Below, piece after piece: positions 22,013-31,938 of a stretch of DNA of 64,000 nucleotides. Position 1 is the first letter of the stretch. The number at the start of each line of letters is the position of its first letter. Source of the DNA: an uncultured Actinomycetes bacterium (lineage in GTDB: Bacteria > Actinomycetota > Thermoleophilia > Gaiellales > JAICJC01); contig CAVTSO010000025.1 of assembly GCA_963737445.1 (NCBI GenBank), forward strand, positions 204,142 through 268,141, read 5' to 3'. The notes beneath the pieces are model-generated. The model did no database searches. It saw only the letters and a program-made list of their open reading frames with translations, and was not told the DNA's origin. Position numbers and translations under genes: made by a program.

Positions 22013-22023
22013 TTGATCGTCAA
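22013..22023. promoter_or_regulatory. LacI-type operator copy 1 (one base short)
   Basis: TTGATCGTCAA between divergent lacI and SDR; TTTACTTGATCGT is identical to copy 2. Confidence 0.65.
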
Positions 22024-22066
22024 AGAGGGAGAGGATGAGCGCTCCCACATCGAAAGGAATGGACAC

Positions 22067-22837
22067 GTGCGCATGCAGGACAAGGTCTGCGTCGTCACCG
22101 GCGCGGGGACGGGCATCGGCAGGGCGATCGCCGAGCGCCTGGCGAGCGAGGGGGCGCTCACGCTGTGCGCGGACATCGACGCCGGCGGCGCGCAGGCGAC
22201 CGCCGCCGGCATCGAGGCCGCGGACGGGCGGGCCGAGGCGCACGTCTGCGACGTCTCCGACGCCGAGCAGGTGGAGGCCGTGATGGCGGCCGCCGAGCGG
22301 CACGGCGGCCCGCACGCGATCGTGTCGAACGCCGCCGTCCAGTACGAGCGCACGGTCGAGGACACGCCTCCCGACGACTGGGACATGGTGCTGGGCGTGA
22401 ACCTGAAGGGCGTGTACTTGTGCGCCCGCGCCGCAATTCCCCGGATGCGGGCGCTGGGCGGCGGCTCGATCGTTAACATGGCGTCGGTGAACGGGTTCTG
22501 GGTCGAGCCCGCGCTGGGCGCGTACTGCGCTGCCAAGGGCGCCGTGATCAACCTGACGCGGTCGATCGCTCTCGAGAACGGGCGTTACGGCATCCGCTGC
22601 AACTGCATCTGCCCCGGCTACATCGATACCGGCATGGCGCAGCGGTATTTCGAGATCCAGGACGACCCCGACGCCGCCCGCGCCGAGGCCGGCCGCATGC
22701 ACGCGCTGGGCCGGATCGGAGGGCCCGAGGAGGTCGCGGCGGTGGCGCTGTTCCTCTGCTCGGACGAGTCCAGCTTCTGCACCGCGGCCCCCTTCATCGC
22801 CGACGGCGGGCTCAGCGCAGGCGTCCCAATGACCTGA
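22067..22837 (+). CDS. SDR family oxidoreductase
   Basis: TGAGTGIG, SNAAVQ, NMAS, YCAAK, CPGYIDT; AAAGGA RBS before GTG. Confidence 0.94.
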   Translation: MRMQDKVCVVTGAGTGIGRAIAERLASEGALTLCADIDAGGAQATAAGIEAADGRAEAHVCDVSDAEQVEAVMAAAERHGGPHAIVSNAAVQYERTVEDTPPDDWDMVLGVNLKGVYLCARAAIPRMRALGGGSIVNMASVNGFWVEPALGAYCAAKGAVINLTRSIALENGRYGIRCNCICPGYIDTGMAQRYFEIQDDPDAARAEAGRMHALGRIGGPEEVAAVALFLCSDESSFCTAAPFIADGGLSAGVPMT

Positions 22838-22841
22838 CGAC

Positions 22842-23726
22842 TTATCCGAGGTCGGGCGAGTGCTCGTGCAGCAGTCGCTCCGCCAACGCCGCGCGGCGCA
22901 CCTTCTCGCGGGCCTGGGCGATCGCCACCTCCTCAAGGTGGATGCCGCTGGGATACACGGAGCGCGCGTTGCGCAGGCCGAACTTGAGGTGCACGGGCGC
23001 GGCGACCCGCACGATGTCGGGCACCTCGTAGCTGCGCACGAAGCCGCCCAGGTCGTCGGGCGACTCGATGTAGAGGTCGAGCGGCAGCTCTGTCACCCGC
23101 CGCATCGCCGCCAGCATGCCGATGCTGAGGTCGGTGGCGACGTTGATGGTGTCGGCGCCGAGCCGGTCATAGAGCGCCGCGGTGGCGGGGTTGGCGGCGC
23201 ACAGCACCGCCGAGGTCTTGAACCGCAGGTCGGGCGGCAGCGATCCCGAGGCCCGCAACCGCGCGAGCACGTCCAGCACGCCGATGTCTCCCACCAGCAG
23301 GCTGCGGATGCCGTGCGCGCAGGCGCGGTCGGCCTCGGCCAGGCAGGCCTCGACCGCCTCCGCCCCGCGCGCCACGCCGGCCGCCGCCTCGGTCACCAGC
23401 GCCTGGCCGCCGGTGTCCCAGCCGCCGCGCGGCCCCAGGAACAAGCACACCTCGAGGCCACGGTCGCGGCCCAGTGCCGCCATCTCGTCCAGCTCGCCGT
23501 CGGACAGCATCATCACACCGGAGCCCTGCGAGACTCGTTGCACGGCGACGCCCTGCCGGTCGGCCTCGTCCAGCACTGCCCGCAGCACGCCGGGGCCCTC
23601 GACGCTGGCGATCTCGATGCGGTGGCGGCGGCCGTCCTCGAACCGCCCACTCGATTCCGGGCAGTCCCGGGCCGGCGGCCTCAGGCCCACCTCAGCCAGC
23701 ATCGCTGACAGCCGCTCGCTATCCAC
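22842..23726 (-). CDS. Uncharacterised TIM-barrel protein, U32-peptidase-like
   Basis: RIEIASVEGP, RVSQGSG, GIRSLLVGDIG, GADTINVATDL, DLYIE, KFGLRN. Confidence 0.65.
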   Translation of the reverse strand: MDSERLSAMLAEVGLRPPARDCPESSGRFEDGRRHRIEIASVEGPGVLRAVLDEADRQGVAVQRVSQGSGVMMLSDGELDEMAALGRDRGLEVCLFLGPRGGWDTGGQALVTEAAAGVARGAEAVEACLAEADRACAHGIRSLLVGDIGVLDVLARLRASGSLPPDLRFKTSAVLCAANPATAALYDRLGADTINVATDLSIGMLAAMRRVTELPLDLYIESPDDLGGFVRSYEVPDIVRVAAPVHLKFGLRNARSVYPSGIHLEEVAIAQAREKVRRAALAERLLHEHSPDLG

Positions 23727-23749
23727 CGGACCAGTCTAGTGTGGTTTAC

Positions 23750-23761
23750 TTGATCGTTCAA
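23750..23761. promoter_or_regulatory. LacI-type operator copy 2
   Basis: TTGATCGTTCAA in a 34-bp divergent gap; its last A is the A of the downstream ATG. Confidence 0.78.
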
Positions 23762-24990
23762 TGTGGAGCGCCGAACGCACCGACGAGTGGCTCCGCAGCC
23801 ACCGTCAGGACCTGGTCGAGCTGACCCGCGAGCTGGTCGCGTTCGCCAGCGAGAACCGCCCGCCGGGCGGGAACGAAGGCCCCTGCCAGCAGCTGGTTGC
23901 GGCGCGCCTGCACGAGGCCGGCGCCGAGGTCGACGTGTTCCGGCCGGACGAGGTCGAGGCCGCGGTGGCCCACCCGCTGTGGTGGCCAGGGCGCAGCTAC
24001 GAGGGCCGGCCGTGCGTGGTCGGCCGCCGCAGCGGCGCCGGCGGCGGCCGCTCCCTGCTCCTGTCCGGCCACGTCGACGTCGTGCCCGCGCTGGGCGAGG
24101 GCACGCACGGGTTCTGGGACGGGGACGTCGAGGACGGCCGGCTCTACGGCCGCGGCGCGTGGGACATGAAGGCCGGCGTAGCCTGTGCGCTGCACGCCGC
24201 CCGCTGCCTCGCCGAGTGTGACGTTGCCCTGGCCGGCGACGTGATCATCGAGTCGGTGGTGGACGAGGAGTTCGGCGGCGCCAACGGCACGCTGGCGGCG
24301 CGGCTGCGCGGTTACCACGCCGACGGCGCCGTGCTCTCGGAGCCCACCGGGATGACCATCTGCCACGCCACCCGTGGCGGCATCCAGTACCGGCTGAACG
24401 TGTCGGGCGGTGCGCTGGGGATGCGGATTCGAGGGCGGCGGCGGGCCCGGTGCCCTGACCACGCTGGCCCGCATCTCGGCAGCGCTCGACGACCTGCCGC
24501 GTGACGCGCCCCTGCTCCAGTACCTGCTGCGCTCGGGCGAGGAGCTGCCGTGGGGCACGGCCGAGGGCCTGCCCGGCGACGGGGTGCTCGAGTTCTGGGC
24601 CGAGATCACCCGGGCACCGATCGCGCGGCCGTGGACGCCGAGCTGCGGGCCGCGGTCGACGCCGTTGTCCCCGAAGGCATCGACGTGCACTGGGAGCAGC
24701 GCACGCGGTTCCTGGAGGCGGCCGACGCCGGCCCCGAAAGCGCGATGGTGCAGCGCATGCGCGCCGCGCTGGGGACGCCGGACGCCGCCCCTGCGATGGC
24801 GCCGTTCGCCTGCGATGCGTTCATCTTCGCGGTCGACTCGACACCGGTCGTGATCTGCGGGCCGCGCGGCGGCAACGCCCACGCACCCGACGAGTGGGTG
24901 CTGATCGACGACCTGTACGCGCTCAGCGAGGCGTTCGTGCGGCTTGCAATCGACTGGTGCGGGGAAATGGGGACCGATGACGGTAACTGA
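23761..24990 (+). CDS. M20 (ArgE/DapE-like) amidohydrolase, frameshifts near 24420 and 24610
   Basis: LSGHVDVVP, GRGAWDMKAG, VDEEFGG, SEPT; C-terminal ACDAF and GGNAHAPDEW in another frame. Confidence 0.85.
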
Positions 24991-25937
24991 GATCGCCGCC
25001 GGAACCTGGCGGCTGGAGTCGCTGTTCGGCACGCGGTTCGTCTATCAGTACGTGGTCCTGGACGGTGACGAAGCGCTGATCGTCGACACCGGCGACGCCA
25101 CGACGCCTCGTGACGTGATCATGCCCGGGCTGTGGTCGCTCGGCATCGCGCCGGAGCAGGTCACGCTGGTCGTGGTCACCCACCCCGACCTCGATCATCA
25201 GGGCGGGCTGGCCGGCCTGCGCGAGCAGCTGCCGAACGCGATCGCGGCGTGCGGGTTCGCCGACCGCATGATGGTGTCGGAGCCGGAGCGGCTGGTCACC
25301 GACCGCTACGGCGCCTACCAGTCCGAGCACGGACTCGGCTACGGCCCCGCCGGCGAGCTGTGGATGCGCGCCAACTACGGCGCGCCCGCCCCGGTCGAGG
25401 TCGGCCTGGCAGGGGGCGAGACGCTCGTGGTCGGCGACCGCCGGCTGGTGGTCCGCCACGCCCCCGGGCACTCCGCCGGGCACTTGATCGCCCACGAGCC
25501 GGCCACCGGCCTGCTGCTGACCTCGGATGCGGTGCATGGGAGCATGTGCCCGGCCGCCGACGGCTCCCCCGCCCTGCCCCCGACCTACGAGGACGTCGAC
25601 CCCTACCTGGAGACGATCGACATGATCGAGACGCTCCAACGCCCGGGAGATGCACTCCGGGCACTGGCCGGCCCGCACCGGGCCCGAGATCGGGGCCTTC
25701 CTGCGCGAGAGCCGCGAGTTCGTGGAGCGGATGGACGGCGCCCTGCTCGAGCGGCTGGAGACGCCGGCGACGCTCGAGCAGCTGTGCGTGCACGCCGACC
25801 AACGGCTGGGCCCATTCGGCGCCGATCCGGTCAACCTCATGTTCGCGGTGTACGGCCACGTGCAGCGGCTGCTGCGAGGCGGCCGTGCCTCCATCGTGCG
25901 CGCCGGCGAGCGCCCTCCGAGGTACCTGCTGCCATGA
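24977..25937 (+). CDS. MBL-fold metallo-hydrolase, frameshift near 25645
   Basis: IVDTG, THPDLDHQGG, APGHSAGH, SDAVHG; tail HSGHWP... in the frame ending at 25937, overlapping the next ATG. Confidence 0.82.
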
Positions 25938-27097
25938 AGATCACAGCGATCGACACGGTGGTCGTGCACGCGGAGATGCGCAACTGGGTGTTCGTCAAGC
26001 TGAGCACCGACGAGGGGCTGGTCGGATGGGGCGAGTCGACTGTCGAGTGGAAGACGCGCGCGGTGGTCGGGTGCATCGAGGACTACCGCACGCTGCTGGT
26101 CGGCGAGGATCCCCGGCGGGTCGAGCACATCTGGCAGATGATGTACCGCCAGCACTTCTTCCGCCCGGGAATGGTCGAGTGCTCGGCGATGAGCGGGATC
26201 GAGCACGCCTGCTGGGACATCGCCGGCAAGGCGCTGGGCGCTCCGGTGCACCAGCTGCTCGGCGGCGCCGTGCGCGACACGGTGCGGCTGTACGACCACC
26301 TCGGCGGCGGCGAGATGGTCTCCGTGTACCACACCCTCTCGGCGGAGGAGGCCCGGGAGAAGATCCGCGAATCGCTCGAGCTCGGATTCGACGCGATCAA
26401 GCTGGAGGTCGTGATCCCTCGCACCGGCCGCGTCGACGGCATCGAGGCGCTGCGCCACGCGGACAGCGTGATGGCGGCCGTGCGCGAGGAGGCCGGGGAC
26501 GGGGTCGAGCTGATGGTCGACATGCACGGCCGCTGCTCGCCGATGATGGCGGTGCAGTACTTCACGGTGCTGGAGCCGTACCGGCCCTGGTTCTTCGAGG
26601 AGCCGTGCCCGCCCGAGCATCCCCGTTCGATGGCCGACCTGGCACGCCGCACGACCGTGCCGATCGCGACCGGCGAGCGGCTCTGCACGCGTCACCCGTT
26701 CCGCGAGCTGCTCGAGCTGGGCGCGTGCTCGGTGCTGCAGCCGGACGCGGTGCACTGCGGCGGCATCTCCGAGCTGCGCCGGATCGCGGCCATGGGCGAG
26801 GCCTACCACGCCGCGCTCGCCCCGCACTCGTCGACCGGGCCGATCGGCCACGCCGCCTCGATGCACGTCGCGTTCGCGACGCCGAACTTCCTGATCCAAG
26901 AGACCTGGCGGGCGGACGTGCCGTGGCGCTTCGACGTGCTCTCACAGACGCTGCCGTTCGAGGGATCCACGGCACAGCTCCCCACCGCGCCCGGCCTCGG
27001 CATCGAGGTCGACGAGAAGGAGGCCGCGAAGCATCCGTTCCAGCAGGAGCCGCTGATGCGCTACTTCCATCCCGACGGCTCGGTGGCGGACTGGTGA
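25934..27097 (+). CDS. dgoD: Galactonate dehydratase-like enolase (mandelate racemase superfamily)
   Basis: MKIT, GWGE, ACWDIAGKALG, VDMHG, FFEEP, ATGER, QPDAVHCGG, APH, C-terminal DGSVADW. Confidence 0.85.
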   Translation: MKITAIDTVVVHAEMRNWVFVKLSTDEGLVGWGESTVEWKTRAVVGCIEDYRTLLVGEDPRRVEHIWQMMYRQHFFRPGMVECSAMSGIEHACWDIAGKALGAPVHQLLGGAVRDTVRLYDHLGGGEMVSVYHTLSAEEAREKIRESLELGFDAIKLEVVIPRTGRVDGIEALRHADSVMAAVREEAGDGVELMVDMHGRCSPMMAVQYFTVLEPYRPWFFEEPCPPEHPRSMADLARRTTVPIATGERLCTRHPFRELLELGACSVLQPDAVHCGGISELRRIAAMGEAYHAALAPHSSTGPIGHAASMHVAFATPNFLIQETWRADVPWRFDVLSQTLPFEGSTAQLPTAPGLGIEVDEKEAAKHPFQQEPLMRYFHPDGSVADW

Positions 27098-28461
27098 GCG
27101 ACCCAGGCGGGCTGACCGCCGCCCACGTGCCGCTCGGCTCCAGCATGTACGAACGCGACCGGCTCGACGGGATCGCCCGCCGCGCCGAGGACGAGCTGCG
27201 CGGCGCCGGCATCACGCTGGTGCGCACCGACCCGGTGACGCAGCCGGACGACGTCGACCGGGCGGTCGCCGAGCTGTCGGCCGCCGACTGGGACCTGCTG
27301 ATCCTGAACGTGATCAACTGGATCGATGTGCGGGCGGCGGCGCGGGTGGCACTCGCCTTCCGCGAGCGCCCGGCCCTGCTCTACAGCTACGGCGGCCGCA
27401 CCGAGGGAGACGTCCTCATCTCCCCCGCCGCGGGCGCCGGCTCGACCGGGCTGCGCTACCCGCTGGAGCGGTTCGGCATCCGCTTCGACTACCTGTTCAA
27501 TGCGCCCGACACAGCCATGGACACGGCCGGCGTGGTGTCGATGGCCCGCGCCGCGCGCGCCCGGCGGCAGCTGCAGACCGCACGGCTGGGCATGGTGGGC
27601 GCGCACGACATGGGCCTCTACACGACGCCGTTCGACGTCACCCGCCTGCGCGGCCGGATCGGCCCCGAGGTCGAGTCGGTCGACCTGCTGCAGTTGCGGC
27701 AGGCCGAGGACGAGCTCAAACCCGGCACCGTCGAGGACGAGGCGGCTCGGCTATCGGCTTCGTGGGACGAGCCGTTCGGGACGATCCCGCCGGACGTGCT
27801 ACGCCGGTCGGTGCGGCTCGCTCTGGCGACGCTCCGGATCTGCAGCGAACGCGGCTTCGACGCGTTCTCCTACAAGAGCGTCGAGGGCGTCTCGCTGCTG
27901 CTGGACACGACGCACAACCTGGCGTCGTCGCTGGTTGCGTCGGCGGGCGTGCCCTACATCGACGAGAACGACATGCTGAACCTGACGGCGCAGCTGATGC
28001 TGCGGTCGCTGGCCGGGTCGACGCCGTCGTTCCTCGAACACTACGAGCACCATCCCGACTGGATCCTGCTCGGCGTCGACGGGTACGTGCCCGACGACTG
28101 GGTGGAGGGGCGACCGCGCGTGAAGCCGGTCAGCAGCGTTGCCACCGGCGCGCCCGTCGGGGTCGCCCAGTGCTCCCGCATGCGGCCCGGCCGGCTGACG
28201 CTGGCGTGCCTGGCCGAGGCCGACACGGCGGACGGCTACCGCATGCACGTCGTCACCGGCGAGGGCGTCGAGCCGCCGGCGTGGGAGGAGATGAGCGTCC
28301 CGGGGCCGCTGCCCAGCCTCCGGTTCATCCCCGACGGCGACGTTCGGTCGATCCTCAACCACGTGCAGTCCCAGCACTTCGCGGCCGTGCCCGGCGACCA
28401 CGCGGACGACCTCGAGCGGCTCTGCATGCTCCTGGACATCCCGGTCGTCGCCGACCGCTGA
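27094..28461 (+). CDS. L-fucose/L-arabinose isomerase-like protein
   Basis: RLGMVG, GPEVESVD, DENDMLN, GRLTLACL, HVVTGE, SQHFAAVPGD; GTG overlaps the upstream TGA. Confidence 0.72.
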   Translation: MSDPGGLTAAHVPLGSSMYERDRLDGIARRAEDELRGAGITLVRTDPVTQPDDVDRAVAELSAADWDLLILNVINWIDVRAAARVALAFRERPALLYSYGGRTEGDVLISPAAGAGSTGLRYPLERFGIRFDYLFNAPDTAMDTAGVVSMARAARARRQLQTARLGMVGAHDMGLYTTPFDVTRLRGRIGPEVESVDLLQLRQAEDELKPGTVEDEAARLSASWDEPFGTIPPDVLRRSVRLALATLRICSERGFDAFSYKSVEGVSLLLDTTHNLASSLVASAGVPYIDENDMLNLTAQLMLRSLAGSTPSFLEHYEHHPDWILLGVDGYVPDDWVEGRPRVKPVSSVATGAPVGVAQCSRMRPGRLTLACLAEADTADGYRMHVVTGEGVEPPAWEEMSVPGPLPSLRFIPDGDVRSILNHVQSQHFAAVPGDHADDLERLCMLLDIPVVADR

Positions 28462-28469
28462 CGAACGCG

Positions 28470-29456
28470 CTACCCCGTGACGAACTGGTGCACGACGCGG
28501 TCGCCGCGCAGCGTTACCAGGCAGCCGGCGATACGGCCCGTGTGGTAGTCGCTGCCCGGGTTGATGCAGAGCGTGCGGCCGATCCGGTTGGCCGCGGGCG
28601 ACTCGTGGATGTGGCCGTGCAGCGAGGCGAGCGGCTGGTACTCCTCGATCGCCTGCCGCACCGCGGTCGATCCGACCGGGATCATGTGCGGCTCCTTCCC
28701 GATCAGCACCATCTTGAAGTTCTCGTCCAGCTCGGCGGCCGTGTCGAGCCGCGAGTCGTAGGGCGGCACGTGCAGGTTGAACACGCAGCGGCTCATGTCC
28801 GGCACCTGCTCCGACAGATCGTGGATCCGCTGGTACAGCTGATCCTCGTCCAGCTCGCGTGGCGAGTCCCAGGGTGTGCGGTTCGAGTATCCCAGCGACA
28901 GCATCGTGTATCCGTCGAACTCCACCACCGCCTCGTCGCAGCTCTCGACGTTGACGCCCTGGCGGATGCAGTCCTCCAGCGCCTGCGGATCGTCGTTGCC
29001 GGGCATGACAAAGCAGCGGATGCCGGTGCCGGCAAGCCGCTCGTCGGCCAGCTTGATCCACTCGCCGAACGTGTGAAGCATGACCGACTCAAACCACTGC
29101 TCCCGCTCCTGCTCGGGCAGGCCGGCGATGCGGTCGACCTCGGCGTGGGTGGTGCGGTACGGATACATGCCGTTCCCGCGCACACGGCGTTCCAGCCCGT
29201 CCAGCTCGGCGTCATCGCGGGCCTGCTGGCGGCCGCCGAACAGGCGCGCCGACCAGGTGCCATCGTCCTCCAGCACGATCGGGATCACGACCTTGCCGGT
29301 GATGTCGCCGCCCATCACCAGCACCCGCGCGTCGTACACCTTCGGCGCGTTCAGGAACTTCTTCCACAGCACCTCGGTGCCGTGGATGTCGGAGGCGTAG
29401 TAGAGGCGGAGGGCATCATCGCCCTCCGCCTCCTTTTTGCGCTTGAACAATCCCAA
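28470..29456 (-). CDS. Calcineurin-like metallophosphoesterase (Icc-related)
   Basis: SDIHG, GGDITG, PGNDD, HVPP, HGHIHE, NPGS. Confidence 0.92.
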   Translation of the reverse strand: MGLFKRKKEAEGDDALRLYYASDIHGTEVLWKKFLNAPKVYDARVLVMGGDITGKVVIPIVLEDDGTWSARLFGGRQQARDDAELDGLERRVRGNGMYPYRTTHAEVDRIAGLPEQEREQWFESVMLHTFGEWIKLADERLAGTGIRCFVMPGNDDPQALEDCIRQGVNVESCDEAVVEFDGYTMLSLGYSNRTPWDSPRELDEDQLYQRIHDLSEQVPDMSRCVFNLHVPPYDSRLDTAAELDENFKMVLIGKEPHMIPVGSTAVRQAIEEYQPLASLHGHIHESPAANRIGRTLCINPGSDYHTGRIAGCLVTLRGDRVVHQFVTG

Positions 29457-29462
29457 TCGGTG

Positions 29463-31130
29463 CTACTCGGGTGGGATCTCGAGGTAGTTGAGTGACAGGT
29501 CGATCCCCTGGCTCTTCCGCCAGGCCTTGCCCAGGTAGAAGATGATGGCGCCCGCGATCAGGCAGGTCGCGATCAGGGCCAGGCCGCCGCTGCCGGGGGT
29601 CGTGAACAACTGATCCGCCAGGCTCTTGCCGGCGCCGGGCAGCCCCAGCTGCGGGTACTCCAGCCACAGCCAGGCGCCGAACAGCCCGGCCGCGATCGAG
29701 CCGATGCCGAAGAACACCATCAGCGGCACGCCCAGGAAGCTGACGTTCGAGACGGACGCCTCGTAGGCCGCCTTCTTCTTGTATGGGAACAGGATCGCGC
29801 CGATCCCGACCAGCACGAACGTCGGGAAGCCCACGATCGTGGACAGCGCGATGTACTTGAAGAAGCTGGTGGTGTACGCCGCCGCGTACAGGAACGGCAG
29901 TGAGGCCACCGCGATCACGCCCAGCAGCAGCACCGGCGTGTGCGTGCGCTCGTTGATCTGCGCGATCTGCTCCGGGATCACCTGGTCGAATGCCCAGGCG
30001 AACAGCGCTCGCACCGGCTGGACTATCTGGATGTACACGATCAGCGGCGCCCAGCATACGAACGTGATGCCTAGGAAGGCAACGAACAGCGTGTTCGTGT
30101 GGATCGCCGCCACCAGGGTGATCCACCATGGCGAGTTGGGCAGCGTGTAGACGGACGGGTCACCGCTGACGGCGGTGACGGCGGTCAGGAACTGCTGGCC
30201 GATCGTGTGGTAGAGCAGCGCGATCATGATCAGGATCGAGCCGAAGGTGATGGCCAGGCCGCCCAGCATCGAGTACCAGTTCTTGCGGGTACCGGCCTGA
30301 CGGATCTCACCCGCCAGGTTGGTCGAGAACCAGACCCACACACCGAATGCGATGAACGCCCCCGACGCCACGATCGTGTTGTGCCAGTCCGTGGTCGTGC
30401 TCAGGTTGGTGCCGACCTTGTTCGCCTGGTCGATGAAATAGTGGTAGCTGTCGGGCCGGTGCGTGAAGGGCTGCGCGTAGTTGTTGTAGTGGCTGATGAA
30501 GCTCGACCGCGAGGTCGTCAAGAGCGTCAGCGCGGCCACCACGAACCCGACCATGCCCAGCGTGAACAGCCAGAACTGCACGCGCATCATGAAGCGCATG
30601 CCGTAGGCCATGATCAGGGCCAGCAGCGCGATCTCGCCGAAGCCGACCAGCATGTCCCAGGGCTTTGAAGCGATGCTGCCGCCCCAGGACTGCAACGTGC
30701 TCGAGTCGGCGGCGACGCCGACCATGGTCAGCATCGGGCCGATACAGATCTTGGCCGTAAACACGCCCCAGTACCCCATTGCCAGCATCGACGACGCACC
30801 GATGAGGATGCTGGATCCGACCGCGAGTGCGGGATGAAGCGATCGAGAGATCAGGATGTAGTCGGCACCCGAGCGCGGCATGATCTGGGACAGCAGCCCG
30901 AAGGCGCCGGAGATGAGGAACGAACAGATTGCCGTGATCACGATGCACGCGTAGACGTTGACGCCGGAGAACGCGGTCAGCACCCAGAAGATCGAAACGG
31001 CCATGACCAGACCTGGACAGGCCGGCAGGACGTTGAAGATGACGGCGTCACTCACCTTTACGTCCCGAACGAAGCCGGTGGCGCGGCGGGCGAAGTGGGT
31101 CTGCGACGCCGCGGCGTGATCCGTTGCCAT
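29463..31130 (-). CDS. APC family permease
   Basis: About 12 TM segments, FARRATGFVR, MPRSGADY, AGEIR, RALFAWAFD, RTHTPV, C-terminal EIPPE. Confidence 0.9.
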   Translation of the reverse strand: MATDHAAASQTHFARRATGFVRDVKVSDAVIFNVLPACPGLVMAVSIFWVLTAFSGVNVYACIVITAICSFLISGAFGLLSQIMPRSGADYILISRSLHPALAVGSSILIGASSMLAMGYWGVFTAKICIGPMLTMVGVAADSSTLQSWGGSIASKPWDMLVGFGEIALLALIMAYGMRFMMRVQFWLFTLGMVGFVVAALTLLTTSRSSFISHYNNYAQPFTHRPDSYHYFIDQANKVGTNLSTTTDWHNTIVASGAFIAFGVWVWFSTNLAGEIRQAGTRKNWYSMLGGLAITFGSILIMIALLYHTIGQQFLTAVTAVSGDPSVYTLPNSPWWITLVAAIHTNTLFVAFLGITFVCWAPLIVYIQIVQPVRALFAWAFDQVIPEQIAQINERTHTPVLLLGVIAVASLPFLYAAAYTTSFFKYIALSTIVGFPTFVLVGIGAILFPYKKKAAYEASVSNVSFLGVPLMVFFGIGSIAAGLFGAWLWLEYPQLGLPGAGKSLADQLFTTPGSGGLALIATCLIAGAIIFYLGKAWRKSQGIDLSLNYLEIPPE

Positions 31131-31154
31131 GCGTTACCCCTTTCCACTGCTGGC

Positions 31155-31166
31155 TTGATCGTTCAA
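31155..31166. promoter_or_regulatory. LacI-type operator copy 3
   Basis: TTGATCGTTCAA 24 bp upstream of the APC permease start; minus-strand TTGACA at 31204-31199. Confidence 0.78.
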
Positions 31167-31221
31167 GTACGGCGTAGTCTCTCCGACGCTCCCGGCGGTG
31201 TCAAGGGTCGGAAACCCCGCC

Positions 31222-31271
31222 TTGACCCCTGCCGCGGTCATCGGTACACTGACTGCCCCTTGAACGATCAA
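31222..31271 (+). promoter_or_regulatory. Sigma70 promoter plus LacI-type operator copy 4
   Basis: TTGACC (31222-31227), 17 nt, TACACT (31245-31250); TTGAACGATCAA (31260-31271) overlaps the probable TTG start. Confidence 0.78.
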
Positions 31272-31938
31272 CCACTGGACGCTACACGGCGCGCGGCGCT
31301 GCTCGACCGGCTCGACCGGCTCTATCCCGCGGTCGTGGCCGACTGTCTCGACAGGGTCGGCGTACGCTCGAACGTGATGCATCCGCGGATCCGCCCGCTC
31401 TACCAGGAGGCCCGCATGGCCGGGTTCGCGTCCACCGTCAGCGCCGTCCAGGTGAGCTCCCCGCCGGCCGATCCGGACGACTACTACCGCGGCGAACTGC
31501 AGGCCGTCGACGCCCTCCGCGAAGGCGACATCATGGTCGTCTCGACGGTGGAGGGGTCGTACTGGGGCGAGCTGCTCGCCACCGCGTCTCGCTACCGGGG
31601 CGCGCGCGGCATCGTGGTCGACGGCTACACCCGCGACACGCTGCAGCTGATCGAGATGCAGTTTCCCACGTTCGTTGCGGGCATCAACGCCCACGACTCG
31701 CTGGGGCGGATCGACGTCGAGGGCGTGGGCGGCCCGATCGAGTGCGGCGGCGTCCGCGTCGAGCAAGGCGACCTGCTGCTGGCCGACTTCGACGGCGTGG
31801 TCGTGATACCGGCGGCGGTGGCCGACGAGGTGATCACCAGGGCCGAGGAGAAGGTCGGCCGGCGAGAACCTCGTCCGCAGCAAGCTTGCCGAGGGCATGC
31901 CGGTGTGGGAGGCGTTCCGCACCTACGGCGTGATCTGA
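31260..31938 (+). CDS. RraA family protein (HMG/CHA aldolase-like), frameshift near 31858
   Basis: VVADCLD, YWGELLAT, VVDGYTRD, GDLLLADFDGVVVIP; tail ENLVRSKLAEGMPVWEAFRTYGVI in another frame. Confidence 0.85.

Noticed and set aside
24944-27097. Apparent 717-aa MBL hydrolase-enolase fusion
   Set aside because: A frameshift near 25645 creates it. The MBL tail ends at 25937 in another frame and the enolase has its own overlapping ATG at 25934.
25132-28461. 1109-aa giant ORF
   Set aside because: The first about 650 aa are an Arg/Gly/Ala-rich off-frame read. Only 27094-28461 is protein-like.
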